The translations under genes were made by a program, and so were the position numbers. This document shows positions 1 to 9,394 of a stretch of DNA of 64,000 nt, piece by piece. Origin of the DNA: Barrientosiimonas humi (GTDB taxonomy: Bacteria; Actinomycetota; Actinomycetes; Actinomycetales; Dermatophilaceae); the NCBI RefSeq assembly GCF_006716095.1, contig NZ_VFOK01000001.1:835375-899374 (forward strand), in the 5' to 3' direction. The notes beneath the pieces were generated by a model. That model saw only the letters and a list, made by a program, of their open reading frames with translations, was not told where the DNA came from and ran no database searches. Position 1 is the stretch's first letter. Each line of letters begins with the position of its first letter.

Positions 1-1
1 G

Positions 2-388
2 GTGGCCGAGAAGGCGGTCAAGGAGACCACCTATCACCGTGACCACGCGGAGCAGTGGGTCGTGCGGCTGGGCGACGGGACTGACGAGTCGCACCGCCGC
101 ATGCAGGATGCGCTTGTCGCGGTATCCCCTTATGTCGCAGAGCTTTTCGACGACGATGACGTGTCGGTGGCGGCGGCCGAGGCGGGCGTCGGCGTGCTCC
201 CTTCGACCCTGCGCGAGCCGGTGCTCGACCGCGTCACGCAGGTCGTCGAGCTGGCCACGCTGACCATGCCCGAGCAGTCGCGCTGGCGCTCTCGCGGCGG
301 CCGCGAGGGCATCCACTCCCAGGTCATGGGCTACCTTCTGGCCGAGATGCAGCACATCGCCCGCTCCCACCCGGGGGCGACGTGGTGA
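2..388 (+). CDS. paaC: phenylacetyl-CoA 1,2-epoxidase subunit PaaC, C-terminal fragment (gene begins upstream of window)
   Basis: ORF runs off the 5' edge; followed in canonical paaABCDE order by PaaD (DUF59) and PaaE reductase; 3' end overlaps next start. Confidence 0.55.
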   Translation: MAEKAVKETTYHRDHAEQWVVRLGDGTDESHRRMQDALVAVSPYVAELFDDDDVSVAAAEAGVGVLPSTLREPVLDRVTQVVELATLTMPEQSRWRSRGGREGIHSQVMGYLLAEMQHIARSHPGATW

Positions 389-873
389 GCGCGCAGCTGG
401 CCACGAGCCCGCTGCAGGAGGTGGCGCAGATCCCCGACCCCGAGGTGCCGGTCGTGACGATCGCCGACCTCGGCATCCTGCGCGAGGCGAGCGTGGCCGA
501 CGGGGTGCTGCGCGTGGTGATCACCCCGACCTACTCCGGCTGCCCGGCGATGGACGCCATCCGCGGCCGCATCGAGCACGTCGCCCGCAAGCACGGTCTG
601 GGCGCCGAGGTCGAGACCCGGTTGAGCCCGGCGTGGACCACCGACTGGATGAGTGACGATGGGCGAGAAGCGTTGTCGCGCTTCGGGATCGCGCCTCCCG
701 GCGCGAAGCCGGGCGGGCCGGTGGCCCTGTCGCTGAGCGTACGTCGGGTGGTGTGTCCGCAGTGCGGGGGCGACGACACCGAGGAGCTGTCCCGGTTCAG
801 CGGAACCGCGTGCAAGGCGCTGCGGCGCTGCCGGTCCTGCCGTGAGCCGTTCGAGGAGTTCAAGGCCATCTGA
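382..873 (+). CDS. paaD: phenylacetate-CoA oxygenase subunit PaaD (DUF59/FeS-assembly-like domain)
   Basis: 163-aa protein with DUF59-like core (VVTIADLGILREASV..VITPTYSGCPAMD) and C-terminal Cys cluster; sits between paaC and paaE. Confidence 0.75.
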   Translation: MVSAQLATSPLQEVAQIPDPEVPVVTIADLGILREASVADGVLRVVITPTYSGCPAMDAIRGRIEHVARKHGLGAEVETRLSPAWTTDWMSDDGREALSRFGIAPPGAKPGGPVALSLSVRRVVCPQCGGDDTEELSRFSGTACKALRRCRSCREPFEEFKAI

Positions 874-1994
874 TGTCGCTGCTGAGCACTGCGCCGAAGC
901 GCACCCGTCCCCGTTTCCACGACCTCACGGTGGTCGACAAGCAACCGTTGACCGACTCGGCCGTCGCGGTCACCTTCGCCGTGCCCGACGACCTGGTCGA
1001 GGCCTTCGCGTTCGAGCCGGGCCAGCACCTCACGCTGCGCGCGCAGATCGGCGATCGCGAGGAGCGCCGGTCGTACTCCATCTGCCTTCCTCGCTCAGAA
1101 GCGTTGCGCCGCAACGTCGTTCGCGTCGGGGTGGCGAAGGTGCCCGGTGGTGCGATGTCCACCTGGGTGCACGACGAGCTGCAGGTCGGCGACACGGTGC
1201 AGGTGATGGCGCCGCTGGGGGGCTTCACCTGCCCGACCCGGCCCGACCTGGCGCGCCACCACGTCGCGATCGCCGCCGGCTCGGGCATCACGCCGGTGCT
1301 GTCGCTGCTCGCGACGGCGCTCGAGGAGGAGCCGCGGTCGCGGGCGACGCTGCTGTTCGGCAACCGGCGCACCGACTCGGTGATGTTCCTCGAGGAGCTC
1401 GAGGACCTCAAGAACGCCTACCCCGGCCGCTTCCACCTGATCCACGTGCTGTCCCGCGAGCCGCAGGACGTCGAGCTGTTCACCGGCCGCATCGACCGGG
1501 AGCGCCTCGAGCGGATCACCTCGCTGCTGGTGCCGGTCGAGTCGGTCGACGAGTGGTACCTGTGCGGCCCGTTCGGGATGGTCGAGGACGCCCGCGGGCT
1601 GCTCGAGGACCGGGGCGTGCCGCACGAGCACGTGCACCACGAGATCTTCCACGTCGACGACGCCGGGCTGCCCACGGCGCCGCCGCCGGTGGTCGAGGAC
1701 CCGTCCGCACCGCCCGAGGCGACGGTCACGGTCAACCTGGACGGACGGCGTACGACCATCCCGATGCCCTCGAAGCAGGAGACGATCCTCGCGGCCACGC
1801 TGCGCGAGCGCCCCGACGCGCCGTTCTCGTGCACCGGCGGGGTGTGCGGCACGTGCCGGGCGCGCGTGGTCGACGGCGAGGTGCGGATGGATCGCAACTA
1901 CGCCCTCGAGCCGGAGGAGGTCGACGCCGGCGTCGTGCTCGCCTGCCAGTCGCACCCGGTCAGCGAAAAGGTGACGCTCGACTACGACGCCTGA
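873..1994 (+). CDS. paaE: phenylacetate-CoA oxygenase reductase subunit PaaE (FNR-like FAD/NAD domain + plant-type 2Fe-2S ferredoxin)
   Basis: 373 aa; RxYS flavin motif (RRSYSIC); C-terminal CxxGxCxxC..C ferredoxin (CTGGVCGTCRARV...LACQ); ATG overlaps paaD stop (TGATG). Confidence 0.85.
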   Translation: MSLLSTAPKRTRPRFHDLTVVDKQPLTDSAVAVTFAVPDDLVEAFAFEPGQHLTLRAQIGDREERRSYSICLPRSEALRRNVVRVGVAKVPGGAMSTWVHDELQVGDTVQVMAPLGGFTCPTRPDLARHHVAIAAGSGITPVLSLLATALEEEPRSRATLLFGNRRTDSVMFLEELEDLKNAYPGRFHLIHVLSREPQDVELFTGRIDRERLERITSLLVPVESVDEWYLCGPFGMVEDARGLLEDRGVPHEHVHHEIFHVDDAGLPTAPPPVVEDPSAPPEATVTVNLDGRRTTIPMPSKQETILAATLRERPDAPFSCTGGVCGTCRARVVDGEVRMDRNYALEPEEVDAGVVLACQSHPVSEKVTLDYDA

Positions 1995-2009
1995 CGGCAC
2001 ACTGGCGCG

Positions 2010-2951
2010 GTGACCGCCGCCCAGGACCGCGCGCTCGAGGCCGTCCGCGCCCGCGCGGCCGACGCCGACGCGGCCGTGCCCGGTGCGCCGACGCTGACGA
2101 TCAACCTGCACCCCGACCGGCTCGACCGGCGGGGACGCCCGGTGCTGGAGGCGCTGGTCGCCGACGGCGAGGTGCACAACCAGTTCGTGACGGGTATCTC
2201 CGCCGGCGGGCTCGACAGCGTCATGCGCGGCGCCCGAACCCGTTGGGAACAGGCGATGTTCGGCGACGCGTACGACCACGCGGACCCGCACGAGCGGCCC
2301 CGTTATGCCGGTCTCAGCCTGGTGCGCGACCCGTGGGGTGCCTGCCCGCGGTTCGGGTCGGGGCACCTGCGGCTGCGCCCCGAGCTGCTGGAGCGCACGA
2401 CCTTCACCTGGGGCGACAGCGTGACCGACCCGACCGCCGCCGGTGTCTGGGGGCGGATGGGCGCGGTGCTGCGGGCTGCCCAGGCGGACGGCTGGAGCGA
2501 GCTCACCGGTGCGCCGCGCCGGGCCGCCGACCTGCGCGACACCTACGTCGAGGCGCAGGTGCACGCGCCGGTGCGCCTGGCGGGCGACGTCGAGGCGCTG
2601 GTGCTGGACGAGTCGTTCCGGGGCAGCGCGGTCGAGCAGGTGGCCGGCGCCGCGGCGACCTCGTGCGGCTTCGACCTGGAGTGGGCGCCCGCCCGGTCGC
2701 TCGACCCGGACGCGCTCGACCCCGCGTTCCGCACCGGGCTCACGCCGCGGCTGGCACGCGAGGTGCACGCGCGGCTGGCGCGACCCGGGCAGCCGTTGGA
2801 CGCCGAGCTGGTCGGCCGCGCCGCCCAGGAGGTGGTGCGCTCGCGCGGGGAGGGGTGGCAGGCGTACGGCGATGTCGGGCAGACGCTGCAGGAGGTGAAG
2901 TACCTCTGGCACCACCTGGTGCGGTTCGGCACTCCCGGCACGGATCGGTGA
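2010..2951 (+). CDS. conserved hypothetical protein (resembles DUF3626 family), function unknown
   Basis: 313-aa ORF with coding-like high GC3 and no recognisable catalytic motif; start codon uncertain. Confidence 0.5.
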   Translation: MTAAQDRALEAVRARAADADAAVPGAPTLTINLHPDRLDRRGRPVLEALVADGEVHNQFVTGISAGGLDSVMRGARTRWEQAMFGDAYDHADPHERPRYAGLSLVRDPWGACPRFGSGHLRLRPELLERTTFTWGDSVTDPTAAGVWGRMGAVLRAAQADGWSELTGAPRRAADLRDTYVEAQVHAPVRLAGDVEALVLDESFRGSAVEQVAGAAATSCGFDLEWAPARSLDPDALDPAFRTGLTPRLAREVHARLARPGQPLDAELVGRAAQEVVRSRGEGWQAYGDVGQTLQEVKYLWHHLVRFGTPGTDR

Positions 2952-3034
2952 GCGGCATCGGTGAGCAGGCGTGCGGCTGAGCGCACGGGCGGTCACCGAT
3001 GCGGGTCACCGATGCGAGCGGTGCGCCCCGGCGG

Positions 3035-3424
3035 TCACTCCCAGGTGGTGGCGTGCTGCGCGAAGGCGTCGCCGGTCTGCACCGGCACCACGCAGAACAG
3101 CAGGCCGCCCGGGTCGGCCAGGATCACGTAGCCCTCGCGCCGCTCGTGCACCGTCGCGCCGAGCGCGGTGACCCGGGCGACCTCGGCCTCGACGTCGTCG
3201 GTCTCGATGTCCAGATGCACGCGCGGGGGAGTGCCGGCTCCCGTGCGCTGCAGCTCCAGCATCACCTCGCCGGGCAACCGGTCCAGCGACTCGTAGGGCT
3301 CCGCGCCGGGGGCCTCGCTCGAGCGCCGCGCACCACCGCGCGCCCCGGCCCAGAACGCGGCCGAAGCGTCGTAGGAGGCGTCGGGGTGGTCGATGAGGAC
3401 GACGCCGATGCGGGAACGGTGCAT
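3035..3424 (-). CDS. VOC/glyoxalase-bleomycin-resistance family protein
   Basis: 129 aa, typical VOC beta-alpha-beta-beta-beta module (VHLDIETDDVEAEVARVTALGATV). Confidence 0.7.
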   Translation of the reverse strand: MHRSRIGVVLIDHPDASYDASAAFWAGARGGARRSSEAPGAEPYESLDRLPGEVMLELQRTGAGTPPRVHLDIETDDVEAEVARVTALGATVHERREGYVILADPGGLLFCVVPVQTGDAFAQHATTWE

Positions 3425-3538
3425 GGGGCGAGGCTAGGCCGCTCGTCGCGCCCGCGGGCCGGGACGGGCGCACTCGAGGGGCGGCGGGCGTACGCCTCCC
3501 GGGCGCGCGCCGAGGTCGATCGCGACAATGGTGCGGTG

Positions 3539-4588
3539 ATGACTCCCTACGTGACCGGAGGCGCGGCGATCGCCTGCGCCGTGGCGCTGGTCGTGAGCTG
3601 GCGGCAGGACCCGCGCCGGCTGCGCAACGGGGTCTTCGCCGTGCTGGCGCTGGCCCTCGGGGCGATCGCGGTGCTCACCGCGCAGCAGGACGACCCCGGC
3701 CCGCTGGCCCAGCTGATCGCCGTCGTGGCGCTGGGCGTGCTGCCGCTGGGCTATCTCGTGCTGTCGGTCTTCCTGATCGCCAACGGGCTGGTCATGCTGC
3801 GCCGCGAGGGACGCTCGCTGGGCAACCTGATGTCCTTGCTGACCGGGCTCGCGATGGCCGCGCTGCCCGTGCTGCTCGTCGTGGTCACCCAGCGGGAACG
3901 GCCGACCTGGTTCGTCTCGTTCGTGCTCGCGCTGCTGCTGCTCGGGGGCTACGTCGGGTGGGTGTTCGCCTGCTTCGCGGCCTACTGCCTGACCTATCGG
4001 TTCGCGCCGCGCACGCGCCGCGCGGACGCCCTGGTGGTGCTCGGGTCGCGGGTCATCGACGGGCGGGTGCCGCCGCTGCTCGCCGCGCGCCTCGACCGGG
4101 CGGTGGGGATCTATCAGCGGCAGCGCGGCGAGGGGCATGCCCCGCTCGTGGTGCCCTCCGGCGGGCAGGGCCCCGACGAGTCGGTGCCCGAGGGCGTCGC
4201 CATGGCGGAGTACGCCCGCGGCAAGGGCGTCGACCCCGCCCACCTCGTCGTGGAGGACCGGGCGCGCACCACCGAGGAGAACCTGCTGCTCAGCCGTGCC
4301 CTGGTGCAGGAGCGTCGCCCCGGCGGCCGGATGCTCGTGGTCACGAACGACTACCACGTGTTCCGCACCGCGCTGCTCGCCCGGCGGCTGGGCACCGGCG
4401 CGCACGTCGTCGGGGCGCCGACGGCGAGGTACTACGTGCCGTCGGCCTACCTGCGCGAGTTCGTCGCGGTCGTGCGGGAGCACTGGCGGCTGCACGCCGT
4501 CGTCGCCGCGATCATCCTCGCGATCGTCGCCGCCGGCATGTGGGTGTCGCTGCAGGACACCGGCCTGGTCGACGCGCTCGCGGTCTGA
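3539..4588 (+). CDS. YdcF/ElyC/SanA-type (DUF218) membrane protein
   Basis: N-terminal TM helices then DUF218 core (VVLGSRV...PLVVPSGGQG...TTEENL...VVTNDYHVFR); start set at first in-frame ATG clear of the convergent VOC gene (the track ORF began at 2999 inside the opposite-strand gene). Confidence 0.75.
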   Translation: MTPYVTGGAAIACAVALVVSWRQDPRRLRNGVFAVLALALGAIAVLTAQQDDPGPLAQLIAVVALGVLPLGYLVLSVFLIANGLVMLRREGRSLGNLMSLLTGLAMAALPVLLVVVTQRERPTWFVSFVLALLLLGGYVGWVFACFAAYCLTYRFAPRTRRADALVVLGSRVIDGRVPPLLAARLDRAVGIYQRQRGEGHAPLVVPSGGQGPDESVPEGVAMAEYARGKGVDPAHLVVEDRARTTEENLLLSRALVQERRPGGRMLVVTNDYHVFRTALLARRLGTGAHVVGAPTARYYVPSAYLREFVAVVREHWRLHAVVAAIILAIVAAGMWVSLQDTGLVDALAV

Positions 4589-4594
4589 GCCGCG

Positions 4595-5683
4595 TCAGCG
4601 CCGCACGTAGGTGACCCAGTCGAACCCCTCGCGCCGCTCGCGGGAGACCTCGCGCCACTGCTGCAGGTCGACCTCGGGGAAGGTCGTGTCGCCCTCGGGC
4701 TCCGCGTCGATCTCGGTGAGCTCGAGGGTGTCGGCGAGGTCGATCGTCTCGCGGTAGATCTGCCCGCCGCCCCCGATGAACACCTCGCCGTCGGGCGCCA
4801 TCGTGAGCGCCTCGGCCAGCGAGTGCGCGACCAGCGCGCCCTCCGCCGACCAGTCGCGGTCCCGCGTCAGCACGATGCTGGTGCGGCCGGGCAGCGGGCG
4901 GCCGATGGCGTCCCATGTGCCGCGGCCCATGATCAGCGTGCCGCCGAGCGTCATCCGCTTGAACCGTTTGAGGTCCTCCGACAGGTGCCACGGCATGTCG
5001 CCGTCGGCGCCGATGATCCGGTTGCGGCCCATCGCCGCGACCAGGGTGAGGGACTGGGCGAAGCCGCGCGTGACGTACGCCGGGATGTCGCCGCCGGCCG
5101 CCACCAGCTCCAGCGCCTGACGCTCGTGCGGCACGGTGCGCTCGGGCAGCTCGTCCAGCGGGAACCAGCGGACCCCTGCGCTCTTCGCCGGCTCCATCAC
5201 CCGCGGCTCGCCCGACCAGCGGCTGCACGTGAAGAAGATGTCGGCGCGCTGCTCGACCGGCAGCCGCGTCAGGCTGTAGCGCTGCAGCGTGGTCACCGGC
5301 ACCAGGTCGCCCGGCGACACCTCGACACCGAGCTCCTCGCGCGCCTCGCCGACCGCCGCGTCGAACGCCGACTCACCGGCCTCGACGTGCCCGGCGGCGC
5401 CGCAGCCCCACCAGCCGTCCATGAACCCGGTGCCGCGCCGCTCCTGCAGCAGCACCTCGTGCCGGCCGCCCTGCTCGCGCAGCAGCGCGACGTACGCCGC
5501 CGGCACCAACGGCACCCGCGGCGCCCCGTCGCGCACGGCCGGGGAGCTCGCCGGCGTGGTCTCGATGCGTGGCTCGGCCAGCGCCTCGCCACCCCTCGAC
5601 CGGCTTGGTGACTGCTCCTCGCCCGCACCCTGCGCCGCTCGTTCCTCGCCCGCACCCTGCGCTGCGCGCTCCTCGCCGCTCAT
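4595..5683 (-). CDS. folA: dihydrofolate reductase with N-terminal Nudix hydrolase domain (Nudix-FolA fusion)
   Basis: Minus-strand ORF MSGEE... contains a Nudix box ([23 protein letters not shown]) and then a complete DHFR fold ([22 protein letters not shown]...GGGQIY...); no stop between them; start ATG overlaps thyA stop (ATGA). The track's 700-aa ORF 4595..6697 is this gene plus an antisense shadow of thyA. Confidence 0.75.
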   Translation of the reverse strand: MSGEERAAQGAGEERAAQGAGEEQSPSRSRGGEALAEPRIETTPASSPAVRDGAPRVPLVPAAYVALLREQGGRHEVLLQERRGTGFMDGWWGCGAAGHVEAGESAFDAAVGEAREELGVEVSPGDLVPVTTLQRYSLTRLPVEQRADIFFTCSRWSGEPRVMEPAKSAGVRWFPLDELPERTVPHERQALELVAAGGDIPAYVTRGFAQSLTLVAAMGRNRIIGADGDMPWHLSEDLKRFKRMTLGGTLIMGRGTWDAIGRPLPGRTSIVLTRDRDWSAEGALVAHSLAEALTMAPDGEVFIGGGGQIYRETIDLADTLELTEIDAEPEGDTTFPEVDLQQWREVSRERREGFDWVTYVRR

Positions 5684-6492
5684 ACGGCGATCGGGGCCTT
5701 GATCGTCGGGTCGGCCACGTAGCCCTCGAGCGTGATGTCCTCCAGCTCGAAGGCGTCGAGGTCGCGCACCGCTGGGTTGAGCCGCAGCGTCGGCAGCGGC
5801 TTGGGGGTGCGGGTCAGCTGCTCGCGGGCCTGGTCGACGTGGTTGGAGTACAGATGCGCGTCGCCGAGGGTGTGCACGAACTCGCCGGGTGCCAGGTCGG
5901 TGACCTGGGCGACCATCGAGGTGAGCAGCGCGTAGGAGGCGATGTTGAACGGCACGCCCAGGAAGATGTCGGCCGAGCGCTGGTAGAGCTGGCAGGACAG
6001 GCGCGCCGGGCGGTCGCCGGTGGCCGGGCTGACGTAGAACTGGAACATCGTGTGGCACGGCGGCAGCGCCATGTCGTCGACGTCGGCGACGTTCCACGCG
6101 GACACGATGTGCCGGCGCGAGTCGGGGTTGGTGCGGATGCTCTCGACCACCCGCGCGATCTGGTCGACCGTGCCGCCGTCGGGCGTCGGCCAGCTGCGCC
6201 ACTGGTGGCCGTAGACCGGGCCCAGGTCGCCGTTCTCGTCGGCCCACTCGTCCCAGATCGAGATGCGCCGATCGTGCAGCCACTGCACGTTGGTGTCGCC
6301 CCGCAGGAACCACAGCAGCTCGCCGAAGATCGACCGCAGGTGCAGCTTCTTGGTGGTCAGCACCGGGAAACCCTCGGCCAGGTCGAACCGCATCTGGTGC
6401 CCGAAGACCGACAGCGTGCCGGTGCCGGTGCGGTCGGACTTGGGGGTGCCCTCGTCGAGCACGCGCGAGAGGAGGTCGAGGTACTGGCGCAT
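5680..6492 (-). CDS. thyA: thymidylate synthase ThyA
   Basis: Full-length ThyA (MRQYLDLL...PPCH..FQFYV...DAHLY..); start taken at the conserved MRQYL methionine. Confidence 0.9.
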   Translation of the reverse strand: MRQYLDLLSRVLDEGTPKSDRTGTGTLSVFGHQMRFDLAEGFPVLTTKKLHLRSIFGELLWFLRGDTNVQWLHDRRISIWDEWADENGDLGPVYGHQWRSWPTPDGGTVDQIARVVESIRTNPDSRRHIVSAWNVADVDDMALPPCHTMFQFYVSPATGDRPARLSCQLYQRSADIFLGVPFNIASYALLTSMVAQVTDLAPGEFVHTLGDAHLYSNHVDQAREQLTRTPKPLPTLRLNPAVRDLDAFELEDITLEGYVADPTIKAPIAV

Positions 6493-6590
6493 GCCGACGA
6501 GGGTAGAGGGGGCCACCGACAGCACCGCGCGCGACGGGACGCCTCGCCCGGGCCAGCCGGTCGGCGCGCGACCCGGGGTGACGGCTAGCC

Positions 6591-7487
6591 TTGAGCACCA
6601 TGACCTCCACCCCGTTCGGCCGCGTCGTCACCGCGATGGTCACGCCCATGCGCGAGGACGGCCGGCTCGACCTGGACGGCGTGCAGCGCGTCGCCACCTA
6701 CCTCGCCGACCACGGCCACGACGGGCTCGTGGTCAACGGCACCACCGGTGAGTCGGCCACGACCACCGACGAGGAGAACTTCGCGACGGTCAAGGCCGTC
6801 GTCGAGGCGGTCGGTGACCGCGTCCAGGTGACCGCGGGCGTCGGCACCAACGACACCGCCCACTCGGTGCGCGCCGCCGAGGCCATGGCCGGCCTGGGCG
6901 CCGACGCCGTGCTCATCGTGACGCCGTACTACAACAAGCCGACCCAGCCGGGCATCGTCGAGCACTTCCGCACGGTGGCGCAGGCGACGGGGCTGCCCGC
7001 GATGGCGTACGACATCCCGGGCCGCACGGCCACGGCGCTCGCCACCGACACGATCCGCCGGCTCGCTGAGATCCCCGAGATCCAGGCCGTCAAGGACGCC
7101 AAGGGCGACTTCTTCGAGGCCAGCCGCCTGATGGCCGAGACCGACCTGCTGTGGTTCTCCGGCGACGACGTGGTCAACCTGGCCCACCTCGCGCAGGGCG
7201 CGGTCGGCGTCGTCTCGGTCGTCGGGCACGTCGCGGGCGAGCAGTACGCCGCGATGGTCCGCGCCGTCGACGCCGGCGACCTGGCCACCGCCCGCGAGAT
7301 CCACACCCGACTCATCCCCGTCGTCGACGCCGTGATGCACACCAGCCAGGGGGCCATCCAGGCCAAGGCTGCGATGAAGCTGCTCGGCGTCATCGACTCC
7401 GACTTCTGCCGGCTGCCGCTGCTGCCGGCACCCGACGAGCACCGCGCGCTCCTGCGCGATGCCCTGACCACCTCAGGACTGATGTGA
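6591..7487 (+). CDS. dapA: 4-hydroxy-tetrahydrodipicolinate synthase DapA
   Basis: 298 aa, DapA signature ([19 protein letters not shown]); TTG start per track. Confidence 0.9.
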   Translation: MSTMTSTPFGRVVTAMVTPMREDGRLDLDGVQRVATYLADHGHDGLVVNGTTGESATTTDEENFATVKAVVEAVGDRVQVTAGVGTNDTAHSVRAAEAMAGLGADAVLIVTPYYNKPTQPGIVEHFRTVAQATGLPAMAYDIPGRTATALATDTIRRLAEIPEIQAVKDAKGDFFEASRLMAETDLLWFSGDDVVNLAHLAQGAVGVVSVVGHVAGEQYAAMVRAVDAGDLATAREIHTRLIPVVDAVMHTSQGAIQAKAAMKLLGVIDSDFCRLPLLPAPDEHRALLRDALTTSGLM

Positions 7488-9166
7488 GCCACCCGCACCC
7501 CGAGCTCGGACCGCCCCCAGCACTCGCGAAGGGGGGTGTGCGGGTCGTCGCCCTCGGCGGCCTCGGCGAGGTCGGCCGCAACATGACGGTCATCGAGTAC
7601 GACGGGCGCCTGCTGATCGTCGACTGCGGCGTGCTCTTCCCCGACGACCACCCGGGCGTCGACCTGATCCTGCCGGACTTCGAGTACATCGCCGACCGGC
7701 TCGACGACATCGACGGCATCGTGCTGACCCACGGGCACGAGGACCACATCGGGGCCGTGCCCTACCTGCTGCGCATGAAGCGCGACATCCCGCTGATCGG
7801 CTCCCAGCTGACCCTCGCGCTCGTCGAGGCCAAGCTCAAGGAGCACAAGATCACCCCGCTGACCCTGCAGGTCAAGGAGGGGCAGCGCGAGCAGATCGGC
7901 CCGTTCGACTGCGAGTTCGTCGCGGTCAACCACTCGATCCCCGACGCGCTCGCGGTGTTCATCCGCACGCCCGGCGGCAACCTGCTGTGCACCGGCGACT
8001 TCAAGATGGACCAGCTGCCGCTGGACAAGCGGATCACCGACCTGCGCGCGTTCGCGCGGATGGGCGAGGAGGGGGTCGACCTCTTCCTCACCGACTCGAC
8101 CAACGCCGACGTGCCCGGCTTCACCACGCCCGAGCGCAACATCCTCCCGGCGATCGAGACCGTCTTCGAGAAGGCGCAGCGCCGGATCATCGTCGCCTGC
8201 TTCTCGTCCCACGTGCACCGCGTGCAGCAGGTGCTGGACACGGCGTACGAGTTCGACCGCAAGGTCGCCATGGTCGGCCGGTCGATGGTCCGCAACATGA
8301 CGATCGCCCAGGAGCTGGGCTACCTGAAGGTGCCCGACGGCGTGCTCATCGACGCCAAGAAGCTCGACCAGTACCGCGACGACGAGGTCGTGCTGATCTG
8401 CACCGGGTCGCAGGGTGAGCCGATGGCCGCGCTCTCGCGGATGGCCAACCGTGACCACAAGATCGACGTCGGCCCCGGCGACACGATCCTGATGGCCAGC
8501 TCGCTCATCCCCGGCAACGAGAACGCGGTCTACCGGGTGATCAACGGGCTGATGCGCCTCGGCGCCGACGTGGTGCACAAGGGCAACGCGCTGGTGCACG
8601 TCTCGGGGCACGCCAGCGCCGGCGAGCTGCTCTACTGCTACAACATCGTCAAGCCCAAGAACGTCATGCCGATCCACGGCGAGTGGCGTCACCTGGTCGC
8701 CAACGGCAAGCTCGCCGAGCAGACCGGGGTGCCCGCGAAGAACGTCGTGCTCGCCGAGGACGGCGTGGTCGTCGACCTGGTCGACGGCAAGGCCTCGATC
8801 GTGGGGGCGGTGCCGTGCGGCTACGTCTACGTCGACGGCTCGCTGGTCGGCACGACCGACGAGACGATGCTGAAGGACCGGCGCATCCTGCGCGACGAGG
8901 GCTTCGTGACGATCATCGTGGTGCGCGACGCCGCGACCGGGAAGATCGCCGCCGGCCCCGACATCCGCACCCGCGGTTTCGCCGAGGACGAGCAGGTCTT
9001 CGAGAAGGTGCTGCCCAAGCTGGAGGAGGCCCTGGAGGATGCGCGCCGCAAGGGCGTCACCGACTCCCACCAGCTGCAGCAGATCATCCGCCGCACGGTG
9101 GGCGGCTACGTCGGCGGGAAGCTGCGGCGACGGCCGATGATCATTCCGATGGTGATCGACGCCTGA
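7484..9166 (+). CDS. rnj: ribonuclease J (metallo-beta-lactamase/beta-CASP RNase)
   Basis: HxHxDH motif (THGHEDHIG), beta-CASP and C-terminal domain; GTG start overlaps dapA stop (GTGA). Track ORF from 7151 is an N-terminal overextension. Confidence 0.9.
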   Translation: MSHPHPELGPPPALAKGGVRVVALGGLGEVGRNMTVIEYDGRLLIVDCGVLFPDDHPGVDLILPDFEYIADRLDDIDGIVLTHGHEDHIGAVPYLLRMKRDIPLIGSQLTLALVEAKLKEHKITPLTLQVKEGQREQIGPFDCEFVAVNHSIPDALAVFIRTPGGNLLCTGDFKMDQLPLDKRITDLRAFARMGEEGVDLFLTDSTNADVPGFTTPERNILPAIETVFEKAQRRIIVACFSSHVHRVQQVLDTAYEFDRKVAMVGRSMVRNMTIAQELGYLKVPDGVLIDAKKLDQYRDDEVVLICTGSQGEPMAALSRMANRDHKIDVGPGDTILMASSLIPGNENAVYRVINGLMRLGADVVHKGNALVHVSGHASAGELLYCYNIVKPKNVMPIHGEWRHLVANGKLAEQTGVPAKNVVLAEDGVVVDLVDGKASIVGAVPCGYVYVDGSLVGTTDETMLKDRRILRDEGFVTIIVVRDAATGKIAAGPDIRTRGFAEDEQVFEKVLPKLEEALEDARRKGVTDSHQLQQIIRRTVGGYVGGKLRRRPMIIPMVIDA

Positions 9167-9281
9167 CGACGGCGCTGCCCGGTGGTGGGATCACGCGAAG
9201 CGTCGGCACCGGGCAGGGACGAGGAAGGCGTCGGGAGAGTGCGCGCCTGACGGCGGCGCTGCCCGGTGGTGGGATCACGCG
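9163..9281. repeat. duplicated rnj 3' terminus: two ~35-bp direct copies (gcctgacgRcggcgctgcccggtggtgggatcacgcg) about 84 bp apart; first copy carries the rnj stop codon and a hairpin ctgcccggtg/caccgggcag
   Basis: copies at 9163-9197 and 9247-9281 differ by one nucleotide (A/G); inverted repeat 9178-9187/9211-9220 could act as the rnj terminator. Confidence 0.6.
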
Positions 9282-9394
9282 CGCCTGAGGAGTTGCGTAC
9301 ATCTCGACAGGACGAACCCGTGGCGGCCACCGGGTTTGCGCCGTCTCCGGCGTCGGGGTCCTCGTTCTTCCTGTCCGTCTGCCCGCCGTACGCC

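Noticed and set aside
842-2996. Very long ORFs (712 aa on +, 633 aa on -) overlapping paaE and the DUF3626-like gene; similar giant ORFs at 14439-17639(-), 34333-35742(-), 36584-37873(-), 19580-20878(+), 22689-24616(+)
   Set aside because: Arg/Ala/Gly/Pro-rich, motif-less translations of the opposite strand or alternate frames of bona fide genes. These are typical shadow ORFs in >70% GC DNA.
4595-6697. 700-aa ORF suggesting a huge protein spanning thyA and folA
   Set aside because: Only the C-terminal 362 codons (Nudix-DHFR) are coding. The upstream 340 codons are the out-of-frame antisense image of thyA.
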